This document shows, in pieces, positions 18,381 to 28,738 of a DNA stretch of 64,000 nt (position 1 is the stretch's first letter; every line of letters begins with the position of its first letter). Origin of the DNA: Nanobdellota archaeon (lineage in GTDB: Archaea; Nanobdellota; Nanobdellia; Woesearchaeales; JAGLGH01); the NCBI GenBank assembly GCA_034723595.1, contig JAYEPB010000078.1, forward strand, positions 9,592 to 73,591. Reading direction: 5' to 3'. The position numbers and the translations under genes were made by a program. Below the pieces are notes generated by a model. That model had not been told where the DNA came from. It saw nothing but the letters and a program-made list of their open reading frames with translations, and searched no databases.

Positions 18381-18536
18381 TTTTTGTGCCTCACTTAATT
18401 ATTTTCGTTTTATTCGGAAATAAGTATACTTAGTTCTAGCCTACCATATATACTTTGTTAACACATTGTGTATATTAGTACATATATCCACATATTTTAG
18501 AAAAGTTTATATATGCGCAAGGAATTACACCCTTTT

Positions 18537-19448
18537 ATGAAGCGAAAAGTAGTACGACACGGCTCAGCAACATTGACAATAAGCCTACCTTCAAAATGGG
18601 CAAAAAAGTTTGACATAAAGCAAGGGGATGAACTTGAGATTGAGGAGGAGGGAAGTTCATTAGCTATCTCAACTGAAAAATATTTAAAATTAAATGAATG
18701 TGAATTTGTTATTGATCCTGGAACAATTTCATACATTAGGAGTATTATTAGCAATTCCTATAAGAAAGGATATGATGTAATTAATTTAAAATTTGAAGAA
18801 CCAAATGTAATTGTAACAATTCAAAAAGTTGTTGATGGATTATTAGGATATGAGATAGTTGAACAAGGTCAAGGCTATTGTATTATTAAAAATGTTGCGT
18901 CAGGGCTAGAAACAGAATTTGAGTCTATGTTAAAGAAATCATTCTTTATGACTTTAACAATGGGAGAAATATGTCTTGAGGATATTAATAATAAAAAATT
19001 AAAAAACTATGAAGAAATTCGACAAATGAAAGATAATATAACAAAATTTACGAATTTCTGCAAAAGATTAACTAATAAGGCAAAAAAGAATCTTGACTCA
19101 AATTCATTTGCTTATCTTATTCTCTGGAGTTTAGAAAAGATTGCTAATGAATATAAATATATCTATCGTTATTTGTCTAAACATACAACAAATCAATTAT
19201 CAAAAAAAACATTGGATTATTTTAAGAATACAAATCAATTATTAAGGTTATATTTTGATGGATTTTATAAGAAAGATAATAAGATGATTAAAAATATTAC
19301 AACACTTAAAGATCAATATTTATATAAAGATTTATATGATGTATTAAAACAAACAAAACACCTAGATTCTGTTGTAATCCACCATCTTGCTAATATTATT
19401 AGAAGAGTATATGATATGACTGGTCCTTATTTTGGCATTTATCTCTAA
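18537..19448 (+). CDS. Archaeal AbrB/MazE-HTH + PhoU-like regulator
   Basis: MKRKVVRHGSATLTISLPSKWAK; SY..GYD; LEKIANEY. Confidence 0.85.
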   Translation: MKRKVVRHGSATLTISLPSKWAKKFDIKQGDELEIEEEGSSLAISTEKYLKLNECEFVIDPGTISYIRSIISNSYKKGYDVINLKFEEPNVIVTIQKVVDGLLGYEIVEQGQGYCIIKNVASGLETEFESMLKKSFFMTLTMGEICLEDINNKKLKNYEEIRQMKDNITKFTNFCKRLTNKAKKNLDSNSFAYLILWSLEKIANEYKYIYRYLSKHTTNQLSKKTLDYFKNTNQLLRLYFDGFYKKDNKMIKNITTLKDQYLYKDLYDVLKQTKHLDSVVIHHLANIIRRVYDMTGPYFGIYL

Positions 19449-22297
19449 ATCTTGTTTTTCAAAGCAACTAATTCATCTTCAACCTGCTGCATAGAATCAT
19501 ATCTTTTTTTAGGATTATATTCCAGGCATTTCATAATAACGCTTGCTAAATGAGGATTTATCTCTGGTTTTATATCCTGAAGACTCTTAGCTCTTAATTC
19601 TCCTTCATAAACCCCCTCTGCGAATTTAGTCTTATCTCCTTGTATATCCTGATAACTAATGGGTTTTTGTCCAGTCAAAGATTCATAAAGTAACACGCCA
19701 AAGCTATACTGGTCTGCTTTCTTGGTAGGAGATTCTCCACCAAGAATCCTTTCCGGAGCAGTATATTCTCTTACTCCTTTGATAGTACTTTGAGATTCTT
19801 TAAATCTTGAAAATGCTAAGTCCAAAAGAAATACCAACCCATTTCTGGCAACAATAACATTATCTTTTTTAATATCATTATGTGTAAATCCTTTTGTATG
19901 GATATAATTTAAAGAATATGCAGTTTTGGCAAAAACTTCAATTATTTCTTCTTCTGGTCGTTCTTGAGTGAAATATTGTTCAAATGTTTTTCCTTCAATA
20001 TATTCAGATATTAAACCAAGTGATTCTTTATCATTTAATTTCATTCTTTGGCTGCCTAAAAATTGTGGTAATGGTCTATATTGATAATTCTTAAAGTCAT
20101 CTCTAGACCTTGAAATTGTTTTGCTGTTTATTCTTTTTTCTTCCTTACTAATTTCATTAAGAGCTTTATCGATAGAGCCATATTTCTTAATTATTTTATC
20201 AACATTATCATTATCTAAATTTTTTGAAGGTAACTTTAAAATTTTAATAAAATCATCTTCAGTTTCATCCTGATCTCTTATTAAATAAATATTACTCCAC
20301 CCTCCATTTGTGAACTTATGAAGGATATCATAATCATCAATTTCAATCAGTGAACATTCTTTGAGTTCTTCAGATGATATACATTTATTTTCTTTTAAAA
20401 TTTGATTTAAATTTTTATAGTTCACATGTTTATTATGGACCAATTCTGTCAATTCAGAGATGATTTGCTCTTCAGTTTTATTCTGGGAGTATTTAGAATC
20501 AAGATAACTTTTAATAAATTCATATCCTTCATCTTCGATTGGTTTTATTTCAGGGGTGTTGACTGTTTCGGCAAGGTATCTTATTGATTTTGCAATTTCA
20601 CGAATAGAATGCATAGCATTAATTTTTTTTCTAAATGAATCTTTCTTATAAGACTGGATTCCTTTGTTATATAGTTCTAAAAACAAAGTTGGATTAATAT
20701 ATGCTAATTTGCCAAAACATTGATTAAATTTACTCTTATCAGGTTCCATAACTTCATCCCCCATCAATTCCCAATAATATTTATTTGCAGTTATAGAATC
20801 TTGCTCATAAAGATTAGGCAAATAATTAATCATATTCTGTTTTATCTTAGCATTTCCATTACCCCATAATTTTTTAAATAACTTCTTTGCAAACTTTTTA
20901 TTGGCTTGGAATAATTGTGGAAATACTTCTAAAACACTTAAGTTAACATCTTCCTCAGGATCTTTAATAGCTTTATAAAATAATTTTGATGCTAATATAG
21001 GATTTATTTCAAATAACTTGCCTAATGAATTAGCAGTGCCTCTTCTAACACTAGAATCATTATTGGCCATTCCTGCCAAATATAATTGTTCTAATTCATT
21101 ATTAGTCTGAAAATTAAGATAATCTATTTTAGTACTAATTAAATATCTTATGTGCTTCTGAAAACAACTTTCGCCTTCAGATATATCTTCAATTCCATTT
21201 TTATAATACTCAAAAGCCTTTCCAGGGCAGATATTAGAAATAGCAGAGAAGGAACTAAGAGTGTCCTTTTCCATACCAAAATTCCCTGTTAAACCATCTT
21301 CAAAATAAGTAACTGCAGTTTTAGGATTTACTTTAATTAAAGCATCAAGATGACCATAAAATGAAGATTTTATATCCTCATCAATAGTTTTCCCACCATT
21401 TTTCATTACATTCTCAAATAAAGTCTCTAAATATGTGGGTTGATACTTAGCTAATCTATTCAGAATTTCTCCTAATTCTCTTTCACTTAATTTATTCTTT
21501 GAAAATGTTTTCGTATAAATAATTGTCTTATCAATAACTTGTTTAGCTAATTCGAAATCTTTTGGAATCAAAGATTTAACTACTTCATGTAAATTATTTT
21601 CATAATCTAAGTAATCTTCATGAGATATTGCCATAGAGATTAAATCTTTTGTCAATTTAGGATTTGAAGCATAAGTATCTTTCAGGGATTTAATTAAATA
21701 CTGCCTTCCAGGCACTACATCTCCTGTTAAATCAGGGTCTGAAAAAAGCATATTAAATATTTTTTTAGATATCTTATGCCTATATTTTTTATCCAACATA
21801 GATTCATTTTTAATAAAATATCTATGAGCACCACATAAAAAAGGGCTAAGAGACCTCACAAATAAATTATTTTTATCCTTTATGTTTGGCTTATCTGCCA
21901 ATACCATTAATTTATTGTACATATATGATAAGGATTCATCATCACATTTCAAGAGAGAAGAGACTGCATATTCATTGATACCAGAAAGATATTGTTCTTT
22001 AGAAGAACCAACATAAAAACCCAAAGCTAATTTGGGATTAAATTTTATGAGCGCATCTAAGGATTCTACAAGCATTTCTTGTATATTCTTATTTTTAGTT
22101 TGCCAACCCTCTATATACAATTGACTAACTATTCGTTTTCTCCGTTCCCTTTCAATTTTATCTAATATTCTAGATTTTTGCTTAGAGTTCAAGCTAGAAT
22201 AAGATTCTTCAACACTAGACTCTAAAGATGCATGATTTTGACTCATATCCCATAGGAAGTGATAAAGAGTATTTAAATGTTTCTGTTTAGTTATCAC
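19445..22297 (-). CDS. HEAT/ARM-repeat protein with C-terminal Hanks-type Ser/Thr kinase
   Basis: NNDSSVRRGTANSLG and DPEEDVN repeats; GGWSNIY, ILKL, HNDIKKDN, DLA, YTAPE, DQYSFG. Confidence 0.85.
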   Translation of the reverse strand: MITKQKHLNTLYHFLWDMSQNHASLESSVEESYSSLNSKQKSRILDKIERERRKRIVSQLYIEGWQTKNKNIQEMLVESLDALIKFNPKLALGFYVGSSKEQYLSGINEYAVSSLLKCDDESLSYMYNKLMVLADKPNIKDKNNLFVRSLSPFLCGAHRYFIKNESMLDKKYRHKISKKIFNMLFSDPDLTGDVVPGRQYLIKSLKDTYASNPKLTKDLISMAISHEDYLDYENNLHEVVKSLIPKDFELAKQVIDKTIIYTKTFSKNKLSERELGEILNRLAKYQPTYLETLFENVMKNGGKTIDEDIKSSFYGHLDALIKVNPKTAVTYFEDGLTGNFGMEKDTLSSFSAISNICPGKAFEYYKNGIEDISEGESCFQKHIRYLISTKIDYLNFQTNNELEQLYLAGMANNDSSVRRGTANSLGKLFEINPILASKLFYKAIKDPEEDVNLSVLEVFPQLFQANKKFAKKLFKKLWGNGNAKIKQNMINYLPNLYEQDSITANKYYWELMGDEVMEPDKSKFNQCFGKLAYINPTLFLELYNKGIQSYKKDSFRKKINAMHSIREIAKSIRYLAETVNTPEIKPIEDEGYEFIKSYLDSKYSQNKTEEQIISELTELVHNKHVNYKNLNQILKENKCISSEELKECSLIEIDDYDILHKFTNGGWSNIYLIRDQDETEDDFIKILKLPSKNLDNDNVDKIIKKYGSIDKALNEISKEEKRINSKTISRSRDDFKNYQYRPLPQFLGSQRMKLNDKESLGLISEYIEGKTFEQYFTQERPEEEIIEVFAKTAYSLNYIHTKGFTHNDIKKDNVIVARNGLVFLLDLAFSRFKESQSTIKGVREYTAPERILGGESPTKKADQYSFGVLLYESLTGQKPISYQDIQGDKTKFAEGVYEGELRAKSLQDIKPEINPHLASVIMKCLEYNPKKRYDSMQQVEDELVALKNKI

Positions 22298-22504
22298 TGC
22301 CCAGGGGCAATATTTGATTTTTTGTTAAAATCATAGTATTAACACTAAAAAAATTATTGTAAACATAAAATAATGGTTTGGTACTTTTTCTTAGTTATTT
22401 TTTCTCAACATTTTTTTGTACCACTTTTTTCGTTGATATAATCTAAATTTTTATGGTTCAGGTGCTAAAATTGAGTAGAAGTTTAAAAAAATAAAGAATA
22501 ATAT

Positions 22505-22960
22505 TTATTCTTCGCTTGTTGCTAGTGCTGACGTAAGGGATGCTACATTTCTTAATGTATCATCAATCTTTTTTAAAGCTTCAGCATGTTTTAATTCGAG
22601 AAATTTAGTCATTTCCGTAGGTGCTTTCAAGTTTTTTAATTTCTTTTCTTCTCTTTCCATTAATATAAGAGATTCTTTTAGCAAATGCGCATCATAAATC
22701 ATATCAACTAAAACCAAACCTAAAGATTCTAATGCATTGTCCATCACGTTGACTAATTCTTTTTCGTCTTTTTCTACATCTCTTGAGTTTCCTGCTTCTA
22801 TTGCTTTATCAAGATCTTTAAGATATTTTTTTACATTAGCGATATTTTTTTCAAGATCCCTTACTTTTTGGAATTCCTGTCTTCTCCTCATAAAATCTCC
22901 AATAAGCTTTTTCTTTGTCTCTAAAGCTATTAATCTTGCTTTATCTGCTACATCTGCCAT
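22505..22960 (-). CDS. Hypothetical coiled-coil protein
   Basis: 151-aa charged helical ORF with GGAGG RBS. Confidence 0.7.
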   Translation of the reverse strand: MADVADKARLIALETKKKLIGDFMRRRQEFQKVRDLEKNIANVKKYLKDLDKAIEAGNSRDVEKDEKELVNVMDNALESLGLVLVDMIYDAHLLKESLILMEREEKKLKNLKAPTEMTKFLELKHAEALKKIDDTLRNVASLTSALATSEE

Positions 22961-22966
22961 TTTTAT

Positions 22967-23113
22967 TCATCCTCCGATAAAAGGTATCTTCCAATTGCCT
23001 GACATTATCATATATGTCAGAAATCCACCTAATATTAATCCTATAATAATTCCTATAACAAATCCGAATCCTATTGGGCTTGTTATCACTCCTTTTTTTG
23101 AATTGAACATCAT
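22967..23113 (-). CDS. 48-aa micro-pilin-like protein with class III signal peptide (KKG|VITSP...)
   Basis: Hand-translated MMFNSKKGVITSPIGFGFVIGIIIGLILGGFLTYMIMSGNWKIPFIGG. Confidence 0.7.
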   Translation of the reverse strand: MMFNSKKGVITSPIGFGFVIGIIIGLILGGFLTYMIMSGNWKIPFIGG

Positions 23114-23114
23114 T

Positions 23115-23249
23115 TTAACAGCTAATATAAGGAACTTTTAATATTCCTTTCATTATAATATACATTAATATCATGCCAAGTATAAATGCAAACACAATCC
23201 ATGTAAATGGATGAAGGATAATTCCTTTTTTTTGTTTGAATAACTTCAT
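23115..23249 (-). CDS. 44-aa micro-pilin-like protein with class III signal peptide (KKG|IILHP...)
   Basis: Hand-translated MKLFKQKKGIILHPFTWIVFAFILGMILMYIIMKGILKVPYISC; GAGGTGA RBS. Confidence 0.7.
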   Translation of the reverse strand: MKLFKQKKGIILHPFTWIVFAFILGMILMYIIMKGILKVPYISC

Positions 23250-23385
23250 GAATATCACCTCTTATTTTTATCTTTTAAGTAAGAAGTATTTAAACCTTAT
23301 TATTTTGTGATTTGATTTTTTCAAAATCAAATCAATAAGTAATGCGAAATGTTTATATATGTGTGATTTTATTTTGTATGTTATT

Positions 23386-23835
23386 ATGATATCAGCAACC
23401 AAATCAAATCCTGGAGAGATGATCTCTAAACTAGGAGCAGCAGCCAATTCTATGAAAGAAAAGATGAAGAATCGTCAGGCAGGCGATACAAATGCAGATA
23501 AAGAGATTCTGGAGGTAATCTTCAGCGCAGATGATAATATAAAGAAACTTGCATATAGCTTTCTTCTCATGCTTGAACAAGACGGCAGGCTGAATGCAGC
23601 AAATATCCCTGTTCTTGAAGCGATTGAAAAGATGGATGATAAGATGAGGAAGCATGCGAAGCATGGCATAAAAGAGGATGATTATATCAGAAGAGTGGCA
23701 GCTCATTTTGAAGCAATGACAGAAATAAAACTCAAAAAAGCGGCAAAACTTGCAAAACATATGGGACTTGCAAAAAGATACGAAGAGATGGCAAAAGAGC
23801 ATGAGAGGATTGCTCAGGCAGAATCAAAGCCGTAA
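23386..23835 (+). CDS. Hypothetical helical protein
   Basis: ORF with TTTATATA box upstream; start uncertain. Confidence 0.6.
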   Translation: MISATKSNPGEMISKLGAAANSMKEKMKNRQAGDTNADKEILEVIFSADDNIKKLAYSFLLMLEQDGRLNAANIPVLEAIEKMDDKMRKHAKHGIKEDDYIRRVAAHFEAMTEIKLKKAAKLAKHMGLAKRYEEMAKEHERIAQAESKP

Positions 23836-23878
23836 TATTTATATAGTCTTAATATAAATTGTATATCATGGTGACCTT

Positions 23879-25564
23879 ATGAGAAAGAAGCAGTTGTTAA
23901 TATTCCCTATTGTATTTAGTATATTATCTTCTATTGTATTTGCTGCGCAAAAGAACTGGCTAAAAGTCTTGCTTGAACCATTCTTTGGCTGGAATATCGC
24001 AGCAACATATCAGCAGGCTGCTTCATTTATTGATTTCGTATTATACATATTCATTTTTCTATACATTACAAGATACGCTATATCAAAACGATTTGAAGGA
24101 GCGACTGCAAAAAGTCTTAGTGTTGTTATAGCAATTGTGCTTGCCGTAGGTATGTCTGTTTTTGAAAGGATGTTTGATTTTAACCTTGGGAAGCTTGCCC
24201 CTCTTGCTGGCCTTATATTATTCGCGGTCATCGCAATGATAGCGTTCAATGTCATCAAGGGATTTGGAGCAGGAAGTGCAAGTGCAGGAGCATGGGCTTA
24301 TCTTCTGCTTTATGGGATTCTGAGCGCAACTGCATCAAAATATCTTACCTGGTTGTATGATAAAGTTCCATTCTTTGAAGGCATTCTTTATATTGGCGTG
24401 ATTATTTCTATATTTGGCATACTTAAAGGTCTTTGGTCTATTGTGCCTATCACAGGAGGTCAGACAACTGGAGCAGGCAAAAAATTGTGGGATATTACTA
24501 AGAAAGGCGCCTCAGGAGTCAAAGGCACACTTGATTCATGGAAGGAAAAGAGGCGGCAGAAGATTGCAGCTAAAGAACAAGAGATAAGAAACACCAAAGC
24601 AGCAATAAGCAGAATAGAAACTGATATAAATAATCTAGGAGATATTAGTGATAAGTTATGGGAAAAAGATGAATATCTTCAGAAAGAGAAACAGGAAAGA
24701 TTGAGATTATTAAGTAATGAATATAATCGTATACGATCAATTAATCAAGAGATTAACAGAATAAATAATTCAATCCAAACCTTCCGTGAGATGGATAGAT
24801 TTGGAAATGATAAAAGAGTAGCAGAAGCAGAACAGAAACTGACTGATTATAATCAAAAAGTTCAACAGTATTTGACAGAATTATCACATATCATTATAGA
24901 ATTAACTTCTTTTATCGATGAAGAGAAAAATAATCTAAGAAATCAAATTAGAGAATCAAATGAAACAAATGCAAGATTAAATGAAAAGATTAATCAGTCT
25001 AAAATGCTAATAACAGAACTTAAAAATGAATTAAAAGATATTTCAAGATTACTTCAAACTGAGAAAGATAAAAATAAAAAATCTGAATTAGAAAATAAAT
25101 CAAAAGTTATTCAAAAGAATATTAAAGAAGTGAAAGATGAAGAGAAAAAGGTCGTTAAAACCTTAAAGATAGAAACAGAAAAAAAGAAAAATATGGAAAA
25201 AGCAATTGACAAAGCAGTTGAAGAGACAAATAAATTCAAAGAGCTTGAAGAATTAGTAAAAGAAATTGATGGTATAATCAAAGGAAAAAAATACAAAAAA
25301 AGAGTTCTGAAGTTGCCCCAAACAGCCTCTGCTCAAAAAAAAGTGCTTAAAGCAGAGATTCAGAAATTGCATGAGACATATAAGACAAAACAAGATATTT
25401 TTTTCGAAAAGATGAATAAACTATACAAAATAGACAAACAATATAATGGTTTCCATAATAAAATCAGAGACTTAAATAAAGAGTTAAAGGTATTAGAGAA
25501 GGCAGGATCACCGGATGACGAAGAGAAGATAAAAATATTCCAAAAGTCATTTCCTAAAAAATAA
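23879..25564 (+). CDS. Multi-TM membrane protein with long C-terminal coiled coil (paralogue A)
   Basis: LLEPFFGWNIA.TY...FIDFVLY N-terminal membrane domain; heptad-rich tail. Confidence 0.8.
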   Translation: MRKKQLLIFPIVFSILSSIVFAAQKNWLKVLLEPFFGWNIAATYQQAASFIDFVLYIFIFLYITRYAISKRFEGATAKSLSVVIAIVLAVGMSVFERMFDFNLGKLAPLAGLILFAVIAMIAFNVIKGFGAGSASAGAWAYLLLYGILSATASKYLTWLYDKVPFFEGILYIGVIISIFGILKGLWSIVPITGGQTTGAGKKLWDITKKGASGVKGTLDSWKEKRRQKIAAKEQEIRNTKAAISRIETDINNLGDISDKLWEKDEYLQKEKQERLRLLSNEYNRIRSINQEINRINNSIQTFREMDRFGNDKRVAEAEQKLTDYNQKVQQYLTELSHIIIELTSFIDEEKNNLRNQIRESNETNARLNEKINQSKMLITELKNELKDISRLLQTEKDKNKKSELENKSKVIQKNIKEVKDEEKKVVKTLKIETEKKKNMEKAIDKAVEETNKFKELEELVKEIDGIIKGKKYKKRVLKLPQTASAQKKVLKAEIQKLHETYKTKQDIFFEKMNKLYKIDKQYNGFHNKIRDLNKELKVLEKAGSPDDEEKIKIFQKSFPKK

Positions 25565-26893
25565 TTGGCTAAAACTATGGCGTTTGCATCTAACATATTG
25601 GACAGATTATTAGAGCCTTTTTTTGGCTGGAATATAGCAGGAACATATCAGAGTGCTTCACAATTCATAGATTTTGTCCTTTATCTTATTTTCTTCATAT
25701 CAGTTACGCGTTTTGCGTTAGCAAAAAGATTTGATGCAAAGACGCAGAGACCCATTACTATCATGTTAGGCATTGCTCTTGCGATAGGGATGTCATTCTT
25801 TGGAATGAGATGGGGATTTAGCATAGGTGATTTAGCGCCTTTGGCAGGATTATTATTTTTGTTTGTGCTTGGCATGATGTTCTTTAAACTTATCAAAGAC
25901 ATGGGTGATAGCGCCCCAGGAGCAGGAGCATTTGCATTCCTTCTTATCTTCTTTTCAATGACTGCAATAGTGCCAAGCTTCTACAGCTGGATAATTCAAA
26001 AAGTCCCATTTCTAGAGGCTCTGCTTTCTATAGGTGTAATTTTGGCAGTGTTTATAGCTGTGAAAGAGATGTTTGGGCTTATAACTGGTGGAGGAGGGGC
26101 AAAAGCAGATGGGGATATGGGTTTGAGTGATAGCCAAGAATATCTGAAGAAGAAAGAAAAGAAAAAAAGAGAAATTGTTGAAAAAGGAGTTGAAAGATTA
26201 AGGCAAGAAGCTGATGAAGTAAGAGAAAAGGCCGCAGTTGCAAAGACTCCAGAGGAGAAAAAAGCATATAAAAAAAAAGCAGATGATAATAGGGCAAAGG
26301 CTGATGAGAAGTTGGAAGATGAACTAACTTCAAGAGGTTCTATTGGAGGTATTCCAGTTAGATCAAGGTTATCTAGTGCAGAACTAATAAAAAGAAGAAA
26401 AGAATACCTCAAAAGGTTAGAAGACCTTGAAAAAGAGAAATTGGAAGAAATAGAAACAATTAAAAAAGAATTAATAGAATTTCAAGAAAAATTAGAACAA
26501 ATGAACCTACGGAATTATGAAGATTTATCAGATGGAAATAAGGAAATCTACATAGATATAGGAAGGAATATTCAAAATAAATTATTAAAATTAGTAAATA
26601 CTTTGTTTAAACTTGAAAAATGTGAAATTAAAGACTTAGAATTTCTGAAAAAATTAAGATATAATGTTGATACTAGGCAAATATCAAGATTTTATTTAAA
26701 CATAATCGGCAATGAAGAGATGATAAAGAAGGAATATAATTTAGTTATGCTTGTAAAAAGATTTTCAGAGAAGATAGTTAAAATTATGGAAGAACAAAAT
26801 AAGATTCCTCATCTCCCTGGATTAATTTCAAGAATAATACAAGTAGTTGATAAATTAAAAGAAATCAATGAAGAGTCATTAAGTAGATTATGA
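25565..26893 (+). CDS. Multi-TM membrane protein with coiled coil (paralogue B)
   Basis: Same N-terminal domain as 23879 with a different tail; TTG start directly after the previous stop. Confidence 0.8.
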   Translation: MAKTMAFASNILDRLLEPFFGWNIAGTYQSASQFIDFVLYLIFFISVTRFALAKRFDAKTQRPITIMLGIALAIGMSFFGMRWGFSIGDLAPLAGLLFLFVLGMMFFKLIKDMGDSAPGAGAFAFLLIFFSMTAIVPSFYSWIIQKVPFLEALLSIGVILAVFIAVKEMFGLITGGGGAKADGDMGLSDSQEYLKKKEKKKREIVEKGVERLRQEADEVREKAAVAKTPEEKKAYKKKADDNRAKADEKLEDELTSRGSIGGIPVRSRLSSAELIKRRKEYLKRLEDLEKEKLEEIETIKKELIEFQEKLEQMNLRNYEDLSDGNKEIYIDIGRNIQNKLLKLVNTLFKLEKCEIKDLEFLKKLRYNVDTRQISRFYLNIIGNEEMIKKEYNLVMLVKRFSEKIVKIMEEQNKIPHLPGLISRIIQVVDKLKEINEESLSRL

Positions 26894-27940
26894 TTGATTT
26901 AAATCTATATTTTTATAATTCACTTTTTCCCCATCCACAATCAATAGACCTGCTTTATTATCACTAGCGCATCCTGGATTATAGAATAATGTTGATGTAT
27001 TAGTATTCTCTGCTATAAGATTTTCTTCAATATCATGCGCATTATGGCTAGCATAAGGTATGTGGTTGCTTATGACCTTATTGATATTATATTTATTATA
27101 CCATTCTTTTAGGAACTTGCTTCCACAATTTTCTTTTGATTCAATAGCAAAAAGAGAACAGTTGTCATTCCTAAATAAATCAGCTGCTTTTTGCAACTGC
27201 GCATTAAGATTATCCTCTTCCTCTGAATTGTCAATAATTTTAAAACCATTATTTTTCACTTCTTCTTTATGGTTTAATGGTACTGTTCCTATTTGTAGAT
27301 TACTTAGATTGCCTTGCTCATCTGGTTGAAGGAGTATTAGTTTATAGAAATGCGAATAATCAACACTGGTATTTTTATCAAATTTGCTGGGAACATGATT
27401 AAATGCAATAGTATTACTCTGATTTTTATCTTTTAACATTTCATCCAGTGAATTAGGATTTGTTACATAAACAAGATCATTTTCAAGACCTCCAAATTCT
27501 CTGATTTTCTCAATATCAGAAGGTGAAATTTCTACATATTCATCGCCAAGAAAAACATATAATCCACTTTCAGCAGTATCAGTTTCAATAAATTGCTTCC
27601 CCTTATTAGTCCCTGGTAAAAATAATAAGTCGTGATCCTCTTTTGTAAATATTTGGTCATCACTAGTTACAATATCTACAATATTTTGATATTCTTTCTT
27701 AATTTCAGTTAATGCATCAAAATAATCAAGTACAGTCTCATGACTGCCTGGCTGTACATAAACAGGCTTTTGAGTTTCCCCCATTCTTTTAAGAGTATTA
27801 TATATAATCTGTTTGTTATCACCTATATCTCCATTAAGAATCCATGCATCTACACCGTCATTAGTTATTTTATCAATTAACTCATCAAGTGGTGTGTCTG
27901 TTCCATGAATATCTCCTATGACTCCGTATTTTGTTACCAT
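26888..27940 (-). CDS. Calcineurin-like metallophosphoesterase
   Basis: GDIHG, NGD, PGSHE, HVP, NHI, NPG motifs. Confidence 0.8.
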   Translation of the reverse strand: MVTKYGVIGDIHGTDTPLDELIDKITNDGVDAWILNGDIGDNKQIIYNTLKRMGETQKPVYVQPGSHETVLDYFDALTEIKKEYQNIVDIVTSDDQIFTKEDHDLLFLPGTNKGKQFIETDTAESGLYVFLGDEYVEISPSDIEKIREFGGLENDLVYVTNPNSLDEMLKDKNQSNTIAFNHVPSKFDKNTSVDYSHFYKLILLQPDEQGNLSNLQIGTVPLNHKEEVKNNGFKIIDNSEEEDNLNAQLQKAADLFRNDNCSLFAIESKENCGSKFLKEWYNKYNINKVISNHIPYASHNAHDIEENLIAENTNTSTLFYNPGCASDNKAGLLIVDGEKVNYKNIDLNQS

Positions 27941-28101
27941 CTTAAATGAGTATTGGATAACTTATATTTAAATGTTTGGTTTTTGTTACTCTCGCCAAGT
28001 AACAAATATGCCTTCAAAGAAATATCAATACTACTCACCATATAAACCTTGCACAATTAAAGAACAATCTGATTATATTTAAATCAAAAACTTCTTAGCT
28101 C

Positions 28102-28650
28102 TCAGCTAATCTTAGCCTTAACTTTCTCAAATCCAAAAGCAAGAATTCCTCCGGATATCACAGTTATCCATTGCATAATGCCCATTGCGCTAAGGAATAT
28201 AACTGGCAGAAATCCGAATTTAAACATTACAAAAGCTGCTATGAATAAGAATATTGATTTAACAGCAGCCCCAATAATTAAAGCAGAAAAATAATCCCAT
28301 TTCTTATGTATATTCAAGAACTTGAATGCACCCACTAACAGGCTGTTTCCAATCCAAATAAAAGCAATCATATAAATCAAGAATGGGGTAAAACTTCCAA
28401 AAATCAATCCAGCAGCCAATACACCAAGTGAGGGGAGCATAATTACAGGCAGTAATTTGTAGCCTTTGACGCTCATGGCAGCACTTATAAGCATAGCATT
28501 TACAATAGTTCCAACAAGCCATTGCGGATGCGCCAGCATGAAAGGCAGGAAGAAACCTGCTAAGGAATATAGCACAACTTCTATTGCCTCATGTCTTATG
28601 CTCCATTTGTATCTCTGAAGGTTTGCAAGTTTGTTAATATTGATATACAT
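28102..28650 (-). CDS. ECF transporter S-component-like membrane protein
   Basis: Q..VGTIVNA.L, WIGN, Q.IT..GG; about 6 TM. Confidence 0.65.
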   Translation of the reverse strand: MYININKLANLQRYKWSIRHEAIEVVLYSLAGFFLPFMLAHPQWLVGTIVNAMLISAAMSVKGYKLLPVIMLPSLGVLAAGLIFGSFTPFLIYMIAFIWIGNSLLVGAFKFLNIHKKWDYFSALIIGAAVKSIFLFIAAFVMFKFGFLPVIFLSAMGIMQWITVISGGILAFGFEKVKAKIS

Positions 28651-28738
28651 ATATGTTAATATTAAATGAACTTATATTTAAAAACTTCGTTTTGCTTTTT
28701 TAGAAAATTATTTAAATGCCGCTATTCTGTAGGCACTT

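Noticed and set aside
22967..22975. C-terminal GG of the 48-aa micro-protein as a Ubl signal
   Set aside because: The GGAGGA codons double as the RBS of the next gene, and the protein is a hydrophobic helix, not beta-grasp
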